64,000 nt of DNA from Nitrosopumilus sp. (GTDB lineage: Archaea > Thermoproteota > Nitrososphaeria > Nitrososphaerales > Nitrosopumilaceae), in NCBI GenBank assembly GCA_965207445.1, contig CBDBLX010000002.1, forward strand, positions 1,047,849-1,111,848, given 5' to 3'. The position numbers were made by a program, and so were the translations under genes. Shown piece after piece: positions 41,589-51,322 of the stretch (its first letter is position 1; the number at the start of each line of letters is the position of its first letter). Below the pieces are notes generated by a model. That model did not search any database and was not told where the DNA came from. It saw nothing but the letters and a program-made list of their open reading frames with translations.

Positions 41589-43259
41589 TAGTGATTTCAT
41601 TAAAGATCCGATAGTTTTTAGACATTCTTATAATCATATATTAGGAAATCAGGCAGGCCCCATGTTGTAATCCATACATGCTCCATGGTTTTCCCATGGA
41701 CATGGGGCATGCCAGCCATGTATTTAGGCGTGGCAAAGGGTATGTGCGCAGCCGTCCTGATCATAGTGCGATCTGTGCGTCGCACAGTCTCGCCCGGACC
41801 GCCTAGTTCGCGTAATGTGTAGTTCATGCAGCCCGGAGTTCGGATATGAATGCGTTGTTCTTTGCGTCTTGTATGGCATTGCGCATGTACTCTAGTAGCC
41901 TGACTGTACCCACCTCGCCTTTTTCCATCATGTGTAGTATGGACTTTTGAATCTCTGGAAAACCGCCCTTGTAGTATCTGCCTGCCAATGCGCGCTTTAT
42001 CTCGCGCCATTGGATCTCTATGGGATTGTGCTGAGGAGTGTATGGCGGCAAATACCATAGTGCGACTTGGCCCCTTGTCTGTTCCAGATACTGTTTGATG
42101 TCTTTGGACTTGTGCGCAGACGCATTGTCACATATGACAAATACCTTGCCGTACTTTTCTCGGAGCACCTCCAACAACTTTATGACGTTTACAGTATTTG
42201 CACTGTCGCAAAAGTGCAGGTGGCATGTACCGGCCCCGAGTGCACCCAGCATTTTCATGCTTGTTTTTGAAAAGTTGACCTTTACAGTCTCAGAGCCTCC
42301 TCGGAGATGTAGTCCGCGCGCGACATACGGCGAGTTTGTGATTGCAGCGGCATCCATACAGAACACCTCATAGCCAGCGCGGGCGTGCGCCATGATGGCG
42401 CGTATTGTGTTGTGTACATAATGCAGTTCTTCTAATGGACTGGCAGACTTGTGGTGGATTGGCCTGTGGGTATTCTTATTGAAAAGCCCATCCTGTGAGC
42501 TAGCGCCAGGGCCCCGGTCCACGTGTACTGGACGTCAAAAATGTTTTCCAGATGCAATGCAAACAAGGCCAGCAGTCCATGTCCCACGCTCAAAGCCGCA
42601 CTGCATCGGCTCTTTACTCAGATCGGCCTTTGCCTGTTCTTGTTGTTCTTTTGTGAGTCTGCACGGCCTGCCGGGACTCTTGCGGTCATATCTGCCCTCC
42701 AAGCCCTCTGATTGTAGCCTGTTGAGCCACTCAGATATGACACTCTGGCTGCGTCCGAGCTGGGCGGCTATTACAGACTCACTCTTGCCCTTTTTTCGTC
42801 CAACTGCCGCCTGCAGTCTGTCCCGGGACTTACCCGGAGGCTCGTTGCGGTAGGCGGTTTTTAGATCTTCCAGGGACACGCCGGGCATGAACCCGTCCAC
42901 TCTTTCTACATAGGCTGTCTTCAAAAAATACGCACCTCGTCGATGCCGCAAGACGATCTGCCTGCAGAGTCGTTAAATATGGCATCGACGAGTACTAGTC
43001 GATGTACCATTTTTTTGTGATTCATTAAACACTAATGGCCACATCGCCTTTTGACACTCGAGGTCAAATTAATTCAACCAAATGATCAAAAATTATCAAT
43101 ATCTGCCACTGAACATACACATCAATTTCTCACCTCTCTTCTGGCTACCACCCGGTATCTGCTACACATAGTGCCAATTACGTCTATTTTTCCACTCCGT
43201 ACCCGCCTGCCTAGCCGAAATCACCTGTAAAAACTATCGGATCTTTAATGAAATTACTA
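41589..43259 (-). mobile_element. IS630-family element, copy 1 (1671 bp)
   Basis: About 31-bp TIRs TAGT(G/A)ATTTCATTAAAGATCCGATAGTTTTTA; HTH ORF 42535-42951; DDE ORF 41824-42522 (CMD, CDNASAH, LPPYTPQHNPIE). Confidence 0.93.
41824..42951 (-). pseudogene. IS630 transposase, interrupted by a compensating indel pair that leaves a TGA
   Basis: The two ORFs share a frame and are split by TGA at 42537-42535; the IS630-like segment HLENIFDVQYTWTGALALAHRMGFS lies in the +1 frame. Confidence 0.8.
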
Positions 43260-43435
43260 AGCACTATGTCCAGGGCGGTGTCCGGCTGGGACGTGACGGT
43301 GCAGCCGGTGGGGCACGGTTGCTGCAGGCGCGCCGTTTATCTCCACGTGCTTGATTGTGCCAAAGGTGGGGTGGACCCAGCTAGAGTAGTACCGCGGACG
43401 TTCATACGCCTTAAAGCCCACGGAGGGGCAGGACA

Positions 43436-43520
43436 GGCACGACGAAGACCCGGTTCACCCCCGAGCAGAAGATCCAGATCGTACTAGAACCAATCAAGAC
43501 CAACATCAGTACAGCAGAGT
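43436..43520 (+). pseudogene. IS3-like OrfA HTH fragment
   Basis: TKTRFTPEQKIQIVLEPIKTNISTAE. Confidence 0.5.
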
Positions 43521-43578
43521 TTTCATATGAGGCACACCCGGCTGTGACGCTTCTAAGAGACTGGAGATGGCGTGGCGG

Positions 43579-44766
43579 TCACTCTATCGCATAGCCGGTA
43601 AATCTTGCTCCTTGGTCATATGTTATGGTAGCATGATGGCTGTTGCCAATCTTGGTGTGCTGGCTTGCAGTTGCTGCGTTTCCATTGTGCGCCGTTGCAA
43701 GTTTGGCTTTGTGTGCTCCACCCGGCCAGTGTTCTGACAAGGCCAAAGCATAGTATGCATCGTCGCTTGTAGGCGCTGTTCTCATGTATGCAACCACATA
43801 TTTGCCCACAACGTGATCCGTGCCCGCATATGAAAGTGACTTGTAGCCATTGGACGTGCCCTTCTTTTTGTAATAAATGCATTCTGCGCCCTGCTCCTGA
43901 CAATGGTAGGTGTACACCTCTGCGTGGTACTTTATCGGCGAGTATGACACAGATAACGCGTGCGAAGCGTTTGATTCTGGTATTATTGGGAGGACCTCGC
44001 CGGGCGGATCAATGTGGCGCGCATCTTCGGGAGGTAGCTGATCCCACGGCCGCTCTCGCGCTATTTCCAGATATTTGTCGCAATCGCTTCCTTCCTCTAC
44101 CAGTACGCAGTCTCCGTACGCGCCTACTGTTGCCCAGTAGTCCACATCTGCAAAGTACAGTTCTGACGGCGGTTTCCCAAACAACGTGTACATCTCCAGC
44201 ACTTCCAGCATTTCGGGCGCCAGTATCTTCATCTCACCAAACAGGCCCGTCAGGGTTTCTTCTGCGTTGCCGGCAGTCGGATATTCTGCTATTAGGTGTC
44301 CGTGAAGCGTTTGCAACGGCTCTATTTCTGGTTGCCGGTATGCTTCATTTTGCATGCGCTCGGATATTACCAGCGCTGCCACTCTGCCCACATCTTCCGT
44401 TGTGTTTGTAAGCGTATGAAAGTTGTGTATCAGCATTGTGCCATGGTTGAATTTTTCCATGTATTCATTACCCTTGCTTTCATCCAAGAGATCATTCATG
44501 TGAGTGTACATTTCCCTAGCCTGTTCTATTCCGCCAAAACCTTCGATCTTGGCCTGTGATTTCTCGTACGGTATAAGATAGCGGTCAAAAATTTGTCCAT
44601 TCAACAGCGACTCTTGCTTCAGTGCGCCTATGCCCGGGAGAGACCCAGTTCCATTCTCGTTTCCACCTTGAGCATCTGCCCACGAGGGCAATGCCAATGA
44701 AGGCAGTACCATGATGGCGCTGAAAACTGCCACGGCCGCGATGGTTTGTGTTGTTTTTGAGATCAT
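43579..44766 (-). CDS. Secreted hypothetical protein between the two IS630 copies
   Basis: Signal peptide MISKTTQTIAAVAVFSAIMVLPSLALPSWA; 395 aa; two Cys pairs. Confidence 0.75.
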   Translation of the reverse strand: MISKTTQTIAAVAVFSAIMVLPSLALPSWADAQGGNENGTGSLPGIGALKQESLLNGQIFDRYLIPYEKSQAKIEGFGGIEQAREMYTHMNDLLDESKGNEYMEKFNHGTMLIHNFHTLTNTTEDVGRVAALVISERMQNEAYRQPEIEPLQTLHGHLIAEYPTAGNAEETLTGLFGEMKILAPEMLEVLEMYTLFGKPPSELYFADVDYWATVGAYGDCVLVEEGSDCDKYLEIARERPWDQLPPEDARHIDPPGEVLPIIPESNASHALSVSYSPIKYHAEVYTYHCQEQGAECIYYKKKGTSNGYKSLSYAGTDHVVGKYVVAYMRTAPTSDDAYYALALSEHWPGGAHKAKLATAHNGNAATASQHTKIGNSHHATITYDQGARFTGYAIE

Positions 44767-44783
44767 TGCATATACTTACGATA

Positions 44784-44830
44784 CTGCGTTATATAAGAAG
44801 GTCGACCCGGATCTGGAGTGCCTTTTGGCC
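44784..44830 (-). promoter_or_regulatory. TATA promoter plus conserved upstream element, shared with 26441-26487
   Basis: 41/47 identity and nearly the same spacing to the ATG (18 vs 17 bp). Confidence 0.7.
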
Positions 44831-44909
44831 GCGGATTCTGACCTGCAAATGTCAGCCGTGGGCTGGCATCGGTGGTGTAGCTTTGTCCGATTCCTCGCCT
44901 AGACGTGCG

Positions 44910-46580
44910 TAGTAGTTTCATTAAAGATCCGATAGTTTTTAGACATTCTTATAATCATATATTAGGAAATCAGGCAGGCCCCATGTTGTAATCCATACAT
45001 GCTCCATGGTTTTCCCATGGACATGGGGCATGCCAGCCATGTATTTAGGCGTGGCAAAGGGTATGTGCGCAGCCGTCCTGATCATAGTGCGATCTGTGCG
45101 TCGCACAGTCTCGCCCGGACCGCCTAGTTCGCGTAATGTGTAGTTCATGCAGCCCGGAGTTCGGATATGAATGCGTTGTTCTTTGCGTCTTGTATGGCAT
45201 TGCGCATGTACTCTAGTAGCCTGACTGTACCCACCTCGCCTTTTTCCATCATGTGTAGTATGGACTTTTGAATCTCTGGAAAACCGCCCTTGTAGTATCT
45301 GCCTGCCAATGCGCGCTTTATCTCGCGCCATTGGATCTCTATGGGATTGTGCTGAGGAGTGTATGGCGGCAAATACCATAGTGCGACTTGGCCCCTTGTC
45401 TGTTCCAGATACTGTTTGATGTCTTTGGACTTGTGCGCAGACGCATTGTCACATATGACAAATACCTTGCCGTACTTTTCTCGGAGCACCTCCAACAACT
45501 TTATGACGTTTACAGTATTTGCACTGTCGCAAAAGTGCAGGTGGCATGTACCGGCCCCGAGTGCACCCAGCATTTTCATGCTTGTTTTTGAAAAGTTGAC
45601 CTTTACAGTCTCAGAGCCTCCTCGGAGATGTAGTCCGCGCGCGACATACGGCGAGTTTGTGATTGCAGCGGCATCCATACAGAACACCTCATAGCCAGCG
45701 CGGGCGTGCGCCATGATGGCGCGTATTGTGTTGTGTACATAATGCAGTTCTTCTAATGGACTGGCAGACTTGTGGTGGATTGGCCTGTGGGTATTCTTAT
45801 TGAAAAGCCCATCCTGTGAGCTAGCGCCAGGGCCCCGGTCCACGTGTACTGGACGTCAAAAATGTTTTCCAGATGCAATGCAAACAAGGCCAGCAGTCCA
45901 TGTCCCACGCTCAAAGCCGCACTGCATCGGCTCTTTACTCAGATCGGCCTTTGCCTGTTCTTGTTGTTCTTTTGTGAGTCTGCACGGCCTGCCGGGGCTC
46001 TTGCGGTCATATCTGCCCTCCAAGCCCTCTGATTGTAGCCTGTTGAACCACTCAGATATGACACTCTGGCTGCGTCCGAGCTGGGCGGCTATTACAGACT
46101 CACTCTTGCCCTTTTTTCGCCCAACTGCTGCCTGCAGTCTGTCCCGGGACTTGCCCGGAGGCTCTTTGCGGTAGGCGGCTTTTAGATCTTCCAGGGACAC
46201 GTCGGGCATGAACCCGTCCCCTCTTTCTACATAGGCTGTCTTCAAAAAATACGCACCTCGTCGATGCCGCAAGACGATCTGCCTGCAGAGTCGTTAAATA
46301 TGGCATCGGCGAATACTAGTCGATGTACCATTTTGTGGTAGTTCATTAAACACTAATGGCCACATCGCCTTTTGACACCCGAGGTCAAATTAATTCAACC
46401 AAATGATCAAAAGTTACCCCATACCTGCCACTGACATACACACCAATTTCTCACCTCTCTTCTGGCCACCACACGGTATCTGCTACACATAGTGCCAATT
46501 ACGTCTATTTTTCCACTCCGTACCCGCCTGCCTAGCCGAAATCACCTGTAAAAACTATCGGATCTTTAATGAAATTACTA
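44910..46580 (-). mobile_element. IS630-family element, copy 2 (1671 bp)
   Basis: Direct repeat of copy 1 with the same TIRs; ORFs 45856-46272 and 45145-45843. Confidence 0.93.
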
Positions 46581-46855
46581 AGCATGATGACAAGTTCGTA
46601 ACGTGTCACCTCCCCCCACCGCATCGTGCCTAAATAAGTTCATACTAACACGAATATCATCTTAGTGAGCATATGTATTATCTGCGGAAAAACACATCTC
46701 ACAGGAAATGTACCCGTCTACAACACTGTACGAGCATTATGATGTAACGTAATTTGAGATATTACTAGTACTCTAAACAAGTGACAAAAGTAAAGTTAAC
46801 GTGGTTGGGCATTTACGTTTTCATTGTGGTGCATATACAGGGGGCATTTTTATGG

Positions 46856-46961
46856 ACATGTGGATAAAGCCAACCCTGTGAGGTTTACATCGTGGTGCAA
46901 TGACAACAAGTATAGTAGAAACTGCAACATGCGGATAAAACCAACCCTGTGAGGTTTTCAT
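46856..46961. repeat. Two 35-bp direct repeats separated by 36 bp, inside the IS66 3' region
   Basis: ACATG(T/C)GGATAAA(G/A)CCAACCCTGTGAGGTTT(A/T)CAT at 46856-46890 and 46927-46961. Confidence 0.85.
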
Positions 46962-46972
46962 GTATTATCGAT

Positions 46973-48607
46973 TTATGCTGAAAAGAGTCGCAACAATTCT
47001 ATATTTGGATCTTTGTCTTGAGCTTTCCATGTCATCAGAACGCTTGCAATGACACAGTATCTTTTGGCCCCCTCCATCCCCCAAAACCAAAAACTCGAAT
47101 TCCGTTTGAGTACAAATGGACGTATTCCTCGCTCTGCTATGTTATTTGTAAGTGACATCTCAGGGTATTGTACTGCAGTAAACAAGTGATCGGAGCAGTT
47201 GAATAAATATCTGCCAGATTTAGCTCCACGGTCTAGTAATTGTTCACCGATAGTTTTCACAAGTTTGATGAGTCCGTTTATTTTAGTTGTGGGTGTGTCT
47301 GGTGGCAGTGTTTTTGTGTAGTGGTATATGGCCATAACTATTCCATACAGGTATGTTGCAGTCGAATCCTTTAGCTTTACAGTGTTGTTTTTAATCTTGG
47401 TCTTTACATGCGCCCAGCATAATTGATACGTATCAAAGCAATTGTATGATGGTGCTGCATCACGTGTCACTTTCAAGTGGGGATACGGATTGGCTTGTTT
47501 TACATCATCCATTGAGCGGGATGATAGGGCTTGATATTGAATCCATATTTTGTCACCGATTGTAATTCCTAGCCTGCCACTCTTTTTGCCAATCTTTACT
47601 GGTGTGTCATCAATATTTCCTGCTGCACTATTTCCGATCTCTTTGCCTATACGCTCGTACTCAGAAGTAAGCTTTGCAGCTGCTGCCTTTAGTCCTTTTC
47701 GTAAAGTATCATGAGCAAATCTTTTGTGATAGTGTATCTCGACATCATCAGAAAGTTGGTTCATTGTATGGACATTAAGTGATGCGCGCGTGAGTTTAAC
47801 AAGAAAGTGTTGTCCAAATGAAGTATCTGGTATTATAGAATCATGCATACAGTTTATGCTACCACAATTCTCACACCAATATACGCGTGTGTGACACCAT
47901 ATCTCCTCTAGTTCATTATGGTCGTCGAGTTCATGTAATGTCTTGTATTCCTCATAAGCTTGCTCTATTTCACAATCACATTCAGGGCATGTGTCTAGTT
48001 CAATATCAAATGTTTTGCCTGGATTAAATGGTCTAAATGATGGATCATGTTTTAAAGGTGGCCCTAGTTTGGCAGGTGGCTTGTCTTGCGCTGCTTTTTC
48101 TGCACGGTCTTGTTTCTCTTTTTGTATCTGTTTTTGTGTCACTGTTTTGTGAGATGTAGGCGTGGCGCCATCGTCATTTGCAGCATCTCTGCGCTCTAAA
48201 TCTGCATTGTGTCTCTTGTATTCTTCTAGTTGTGCTAATAGTTCTTGATTTTTGTCTGTAATAATTTTGCATTCATTTCTCATCATGTCTCCATACTGTG
48301 CAGTAGATTTTGCCAAATCTTCAAGTATCATCTCACGTGATGTATGCCTGCCAGTCTGTGCCATAAATGCCAATTTCTGATTTACTAGTATGATGTCAAG
48401 TTCTCTTCCACCTAATCTATCAAACAACTCCATACTCTTTTCTTTCCACATGTTTTTCTCTTTTCTTTCCTCTTTCATGGCCTTTCGTAAACTAGCATTT
48501 TCATTCAAAATTTTGGACATTGCCTCGTCATAGCTGATCGAAGGCACATCGACTTTGTTAAATAATTCATCTGTAACTATCTTTTGTTGCTGCATACATT
48601 TACTCAT
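46973..48607 (-). CDS. IS66-family transposase (TnpC-like)
   Basis: Coiled coil, CPEC...CENC zinc ribbon, IDDT, QLCWAH, TNNIAERGIRP. Confidence 0.9.
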   Translation of the reverse strand: MSKCMQQQKIVTDELFNKVDVPSISYDEAMSKILNENASLRKAMKEERKEKNMWKEKSMELFDRLGGRELDIILVNQKLAFMAQTGRHTSREMILEDLAKSTAQYGDMMRNECKIITDKNQELLAQLEEYKRHNADLERRDAANDDGATPTSHKTVTQKQIQKEKQDRAEKAAQDKPPAKLGPPLKHDPSFRPFNPGKTFDIELDTCPECDCEIEQAYEEYKTLHELDDHNELEEIWCHTRVYWCENCGSINCMHDSIIPDTSFGQHFLVKLTRASLNVHTMNQLSDDVEIHYHKRFAHDTLRKGLKAAAAKLTSEYERIGKEIGNSAAGNIDDTPVKIGKKSGRLGITIGDKIWIQYQALSSRSMDDVKQANPYPHLKVTRDAAPSYNCFDTYQLCWAHVKTKIKNNTVKLKDSTATYLYGIVMAIYHYTKTLPPDTPTTKINGLIKLVKTIGEQLLDRGAKSGRYLFNCSDHLFTAVQYPEMSLTNNIAERGIRPFVLKRNSSFWFWGMEGAKRYCVIASVLMTWKAQDKDPNIELLRLFSA

Positions 48608-48892
48608 TTTTTCTCTATATGAGTAAATGGCAGTATACGTATTTAACTACCCGCATACTTTTTTTGCATTATCTTACAATTTCAGTGATTTGTGATGGTG
48701 GTGGTGTGCGTCCATGCCTAGTCCACGTGGTATAAAGAGGGGGGAGGTGACACGTTACACAAGTTCTGCTCAAAAACATACTGACTTTTGGCCGCTGAGG
48801 TGTACATACAAGACTAGACGCATTATACTCCATGACATCTATGAGTGTACATATGGTATATTACAATATCAGTATTTAGCATCACTAGGGAA

Positions 48893-48962
48893 GTGTGAAC
48901 CAAGCTACGTGCCTAGAAAATCCGCCAAACACTATTTTCCACGCACAGAGCTTGGTTCACAC
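48893..48962. mobile_element. Short MITE with family-A TIRs
   Basis: GTGTGAACCAAGCT...AGCTTGGTTCACAC flanked by CTAGGGAA / CTAGGGAC (8-bp TSD, one mismatch). Confidence 0.8.
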
Positions 48963-49336
48963 CTAGGGACGCATCATTATGATTTTGCCGTTTTGTATGA
49001 CAAATTTTAGACAGTCAGGGTTGCCAAGTCTTTCAAGTAGTGGTTTTGGTATGTAGCTTGAACTAGTACCACGTTGTATATTGTGGTTGATTGATACAAC
49101 AAACTCTGTTGCGTCTTTTTTCCATTTTGGCATGTTGTATGATATCTCTATTGAGTTATAACATTATGTATTAAGATTGATGAAACCGCGGTGCTTAAAT
49201 ATCCATATGGATAATATTATATATAGATGATGAGAAAGTTGGCAGTATGTCAGGTGACGGGTATGATCAAATCAGTCACAGACAAGCAATACAGATGAAA
49301 AATCTGGAGAAATAGTAGCAACGTCTGCTCAAACTA

Positions 49337-50245
49337 ATGCTAAATGAGGGACACACAATACATCTGTTTTCTTTGATAATGACATCACTTGCAGGCTTGT
49401 ATGATGATGTCGCGCAGTTAGAGGCAACACACTACAAAAAGAGAGGCAGTCCATTTACATATACAAATGGTCTTATGCATGCAATACCAACACTACAAAG
49501 TACACTTAGATTTGAGGGTGTACGCTGAAATAGCCAAGTATTTCTTACCTCAAGTAGAAAACATCCATCACACACGCCAGATCTGAAGGTGAATAAACGC
49601 ACCTGTTCTGTCAATAAAAGACAAACTCAGATTTCAAATTAAAAGGCTTGAGTGGCACATACTTGATGGCACCGGACTCGTATTACTATGCGCAGTGAAT
49701 ACGTATGTGTCATACACAAGTTAAAGCGTGGATTTTTGCGACTCGTCATAATCATAAATCTGGACACACAAGAGATTATATCATACAGCTTGACAGATGA
49801 CAAGACAGGCGAATATGCTGTGGCAGAGCAAACAGTAGTAGAAAATACACTCAAAAATCTAGGAATAAATCCTGATGAGAGACACATACAGGTCAAAAGG
49901 GAAAAAGGACTCAAAGACGCAATCATCAATTAGAACTAAAAGCCAATGGCAGATATGATAGTCAGAAATCCTTTTTGTTTTGCCAAAAACTTGGTATTAC
50001 ACCTACTACTAATATGCGCGTCCAGACAAATTCAAACACACGCGCAAATGGTGTTGATCGCTATAGGTCTGAGGTGATACTAGAGCAATTTGGTGGACCC
50101 GATGCTACGCCTAGAAATCTTGTCAAATTGATTGATGATGAACGTGAGGCAAATCAAAAAAAAAAGAAAAATGAAAAAAGAACATAAAATACAACTTGAG
50201 ATGGTTAATTGAGATTATGATATCTGCATTCAAGAGAAACCCATC
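49337..50245 (+). pseudogene. IS5-family transposase, fragmented
   Basis: KKRGSPFTY, DGTG, RGFLRL, GRYDS and YNLRWLIEIMISAFKR spread across frames. Confidence 0.7.
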
Positions 50246-50264
50246 GAAATCTTGATATTGATAG

Positions 50265-51146
50265 ATGCGCCTATGCAAACTGCCTATGTATGAGGGTGTA
50301 ATTTCAAAGAAAAATATAGACATTGGTTCGAAAGAACCGATAGACATACCTACTGACGGCGAGGAAGGATTCCCACTACTTCAGATCACTGATCCGTATT
50401 ACCGGTTTGACGATCTAGTATTAGACAAAGAGACCAAATTTCGACTAGAATATATTATTTCAGAAAATCAAAATGCAAAAAAGTTACAGTTGTCAGGGTT
50501 AAATCCAAAACAAAAAATTTTATTCTGTGGTCCACCTGGCACTGGGAAAACATTTTCCGCGAAGATCATAAGCTGTGCCCTGGGATGGCCGTTGGTACAT
50601 GTTATGTTTGACTCTATTATTTCATCATTTTTGGGTCAGACAGCCACCAATTTACGAAAAATTTTTGATTTTATACAAAACGGAACTTTTGTAACATTAT
50701 TTGATGAATTTGATATTGTAGGAAAGAGGCGCGATGACGAACAGGAACATGGTGAAGTAAAGCGAGTTGTAAATAATTTCATGCAAATGCTGGACAATTA
50801 TAATGGCACAAGCATCATCATAGCCGCTACGAATCACCCACATTTACTTGATATGGCGGTCTGGAGAAGATTTGATGAAATATTACAGTTCAAGATTCCT
50901 ACTCCTCTACAACGCAAAGAACTCTTCCATAAATATCTAGGCGCGCTCAAAAAAGATGTGGATTTTGATGTAATGGAGTTGGTAAAAAAAACAAACAAAT
51001 ATTCTGCAGCGGATATTGCGACAATATGCGAAGATGCATTAAGAAAAAATGTAATTGAGGATGGACTAAATATTGGCAAGCAGGATCTGCTTTGGGCCAT
51101 AAATGAACAAAGACGCCGAAAAAGTACCATGTTGAGTACCCTGTAA
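50265..51146 (+). CDS. AAA+ ATPase, IetA-like
   Basis: GPPGTGKT, SSFLGQTATNLRKIF, LFDEFD...EHGEVKRVVN, AATNHPHLLD.AVWRRFD. Confidence 0.8.
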   Translation: MRLCKLPMYEGVISKKNIDIGSKEPIDIPTDGEEGFPLLQITDPYYRFDDLVLDKETKFRLEYIISENQNAKKLQLSGLNPKQKILFCGPPGTGKTFSAKIISCALGWPLVHVMFDSIISSFLGQTATNLRKIFDFIQNGTFVTLFDEFDIVGKRRDDEQEHGEVKRVVNNFMQMLDNYNGTSIIIAATNHPHLLDMAVWRRFDEILQFKIPTPLQRKELFHKYLGALKKDVDFDVMELVKKTNKYSAADIATICEDALRKNVIEDGLNIGKQDLLWAINEQRRRKSTMLSTL

Positions 51147-51322
51147 TGGTAAATAATCTATACGGACATCTGGATTTACCAATGATTCCAGATATGTCTT
51201 CAAAAAAACCTCAAAGGGGCGGGTCATTGTCCATAACATCTCGAGACCATGGATTTACAAAGGCACAAACGACAAAATTGGACAAAATATCTACCTCTAA
51301 GAAATTACCGGAGAATACTCCG
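51146..51322 (+). pseudogene. Translationally coupled partner gene, probably the N-terminus of an S8 peptidase (IetS-like), truncated by IS66
   Basis: TAATG overlap with the ATPase. Identity is inferred from context only; no catalytic residues are present. Confidence 0.4.

Larger units (their letters stand above)
46598..48758 (-). mobile_element. IS66-family element, single-ORF (ISBst12-like), intact
   Basis: 20-bp TIR GTAACGTGTCACCTCCCCCC at both ends; 8-bp TSD ACAAGTTC at 46590-46597 and 48759-48766. Confidence 0.93.

Noticed and set aside
41394..41600. GLKPNGVLDQTTWD resembles a peptidoglycan-binding motif
   Set aside because: The match is short, the ORF starts inside the IS TIR, and there is no supporting context.
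41618..42058. 146-aa ORF duplicated at 44939-45379
   Set aside because: Alternative frame overlapping the IS630 DDE region; it is duplicated only because the IS is.
42535..42537. In-frame TGA as selenocysteine or readthrough
   Set aside because: The conserved-looking protein sequence around it lies in the +1 frame, so indels explain it better.
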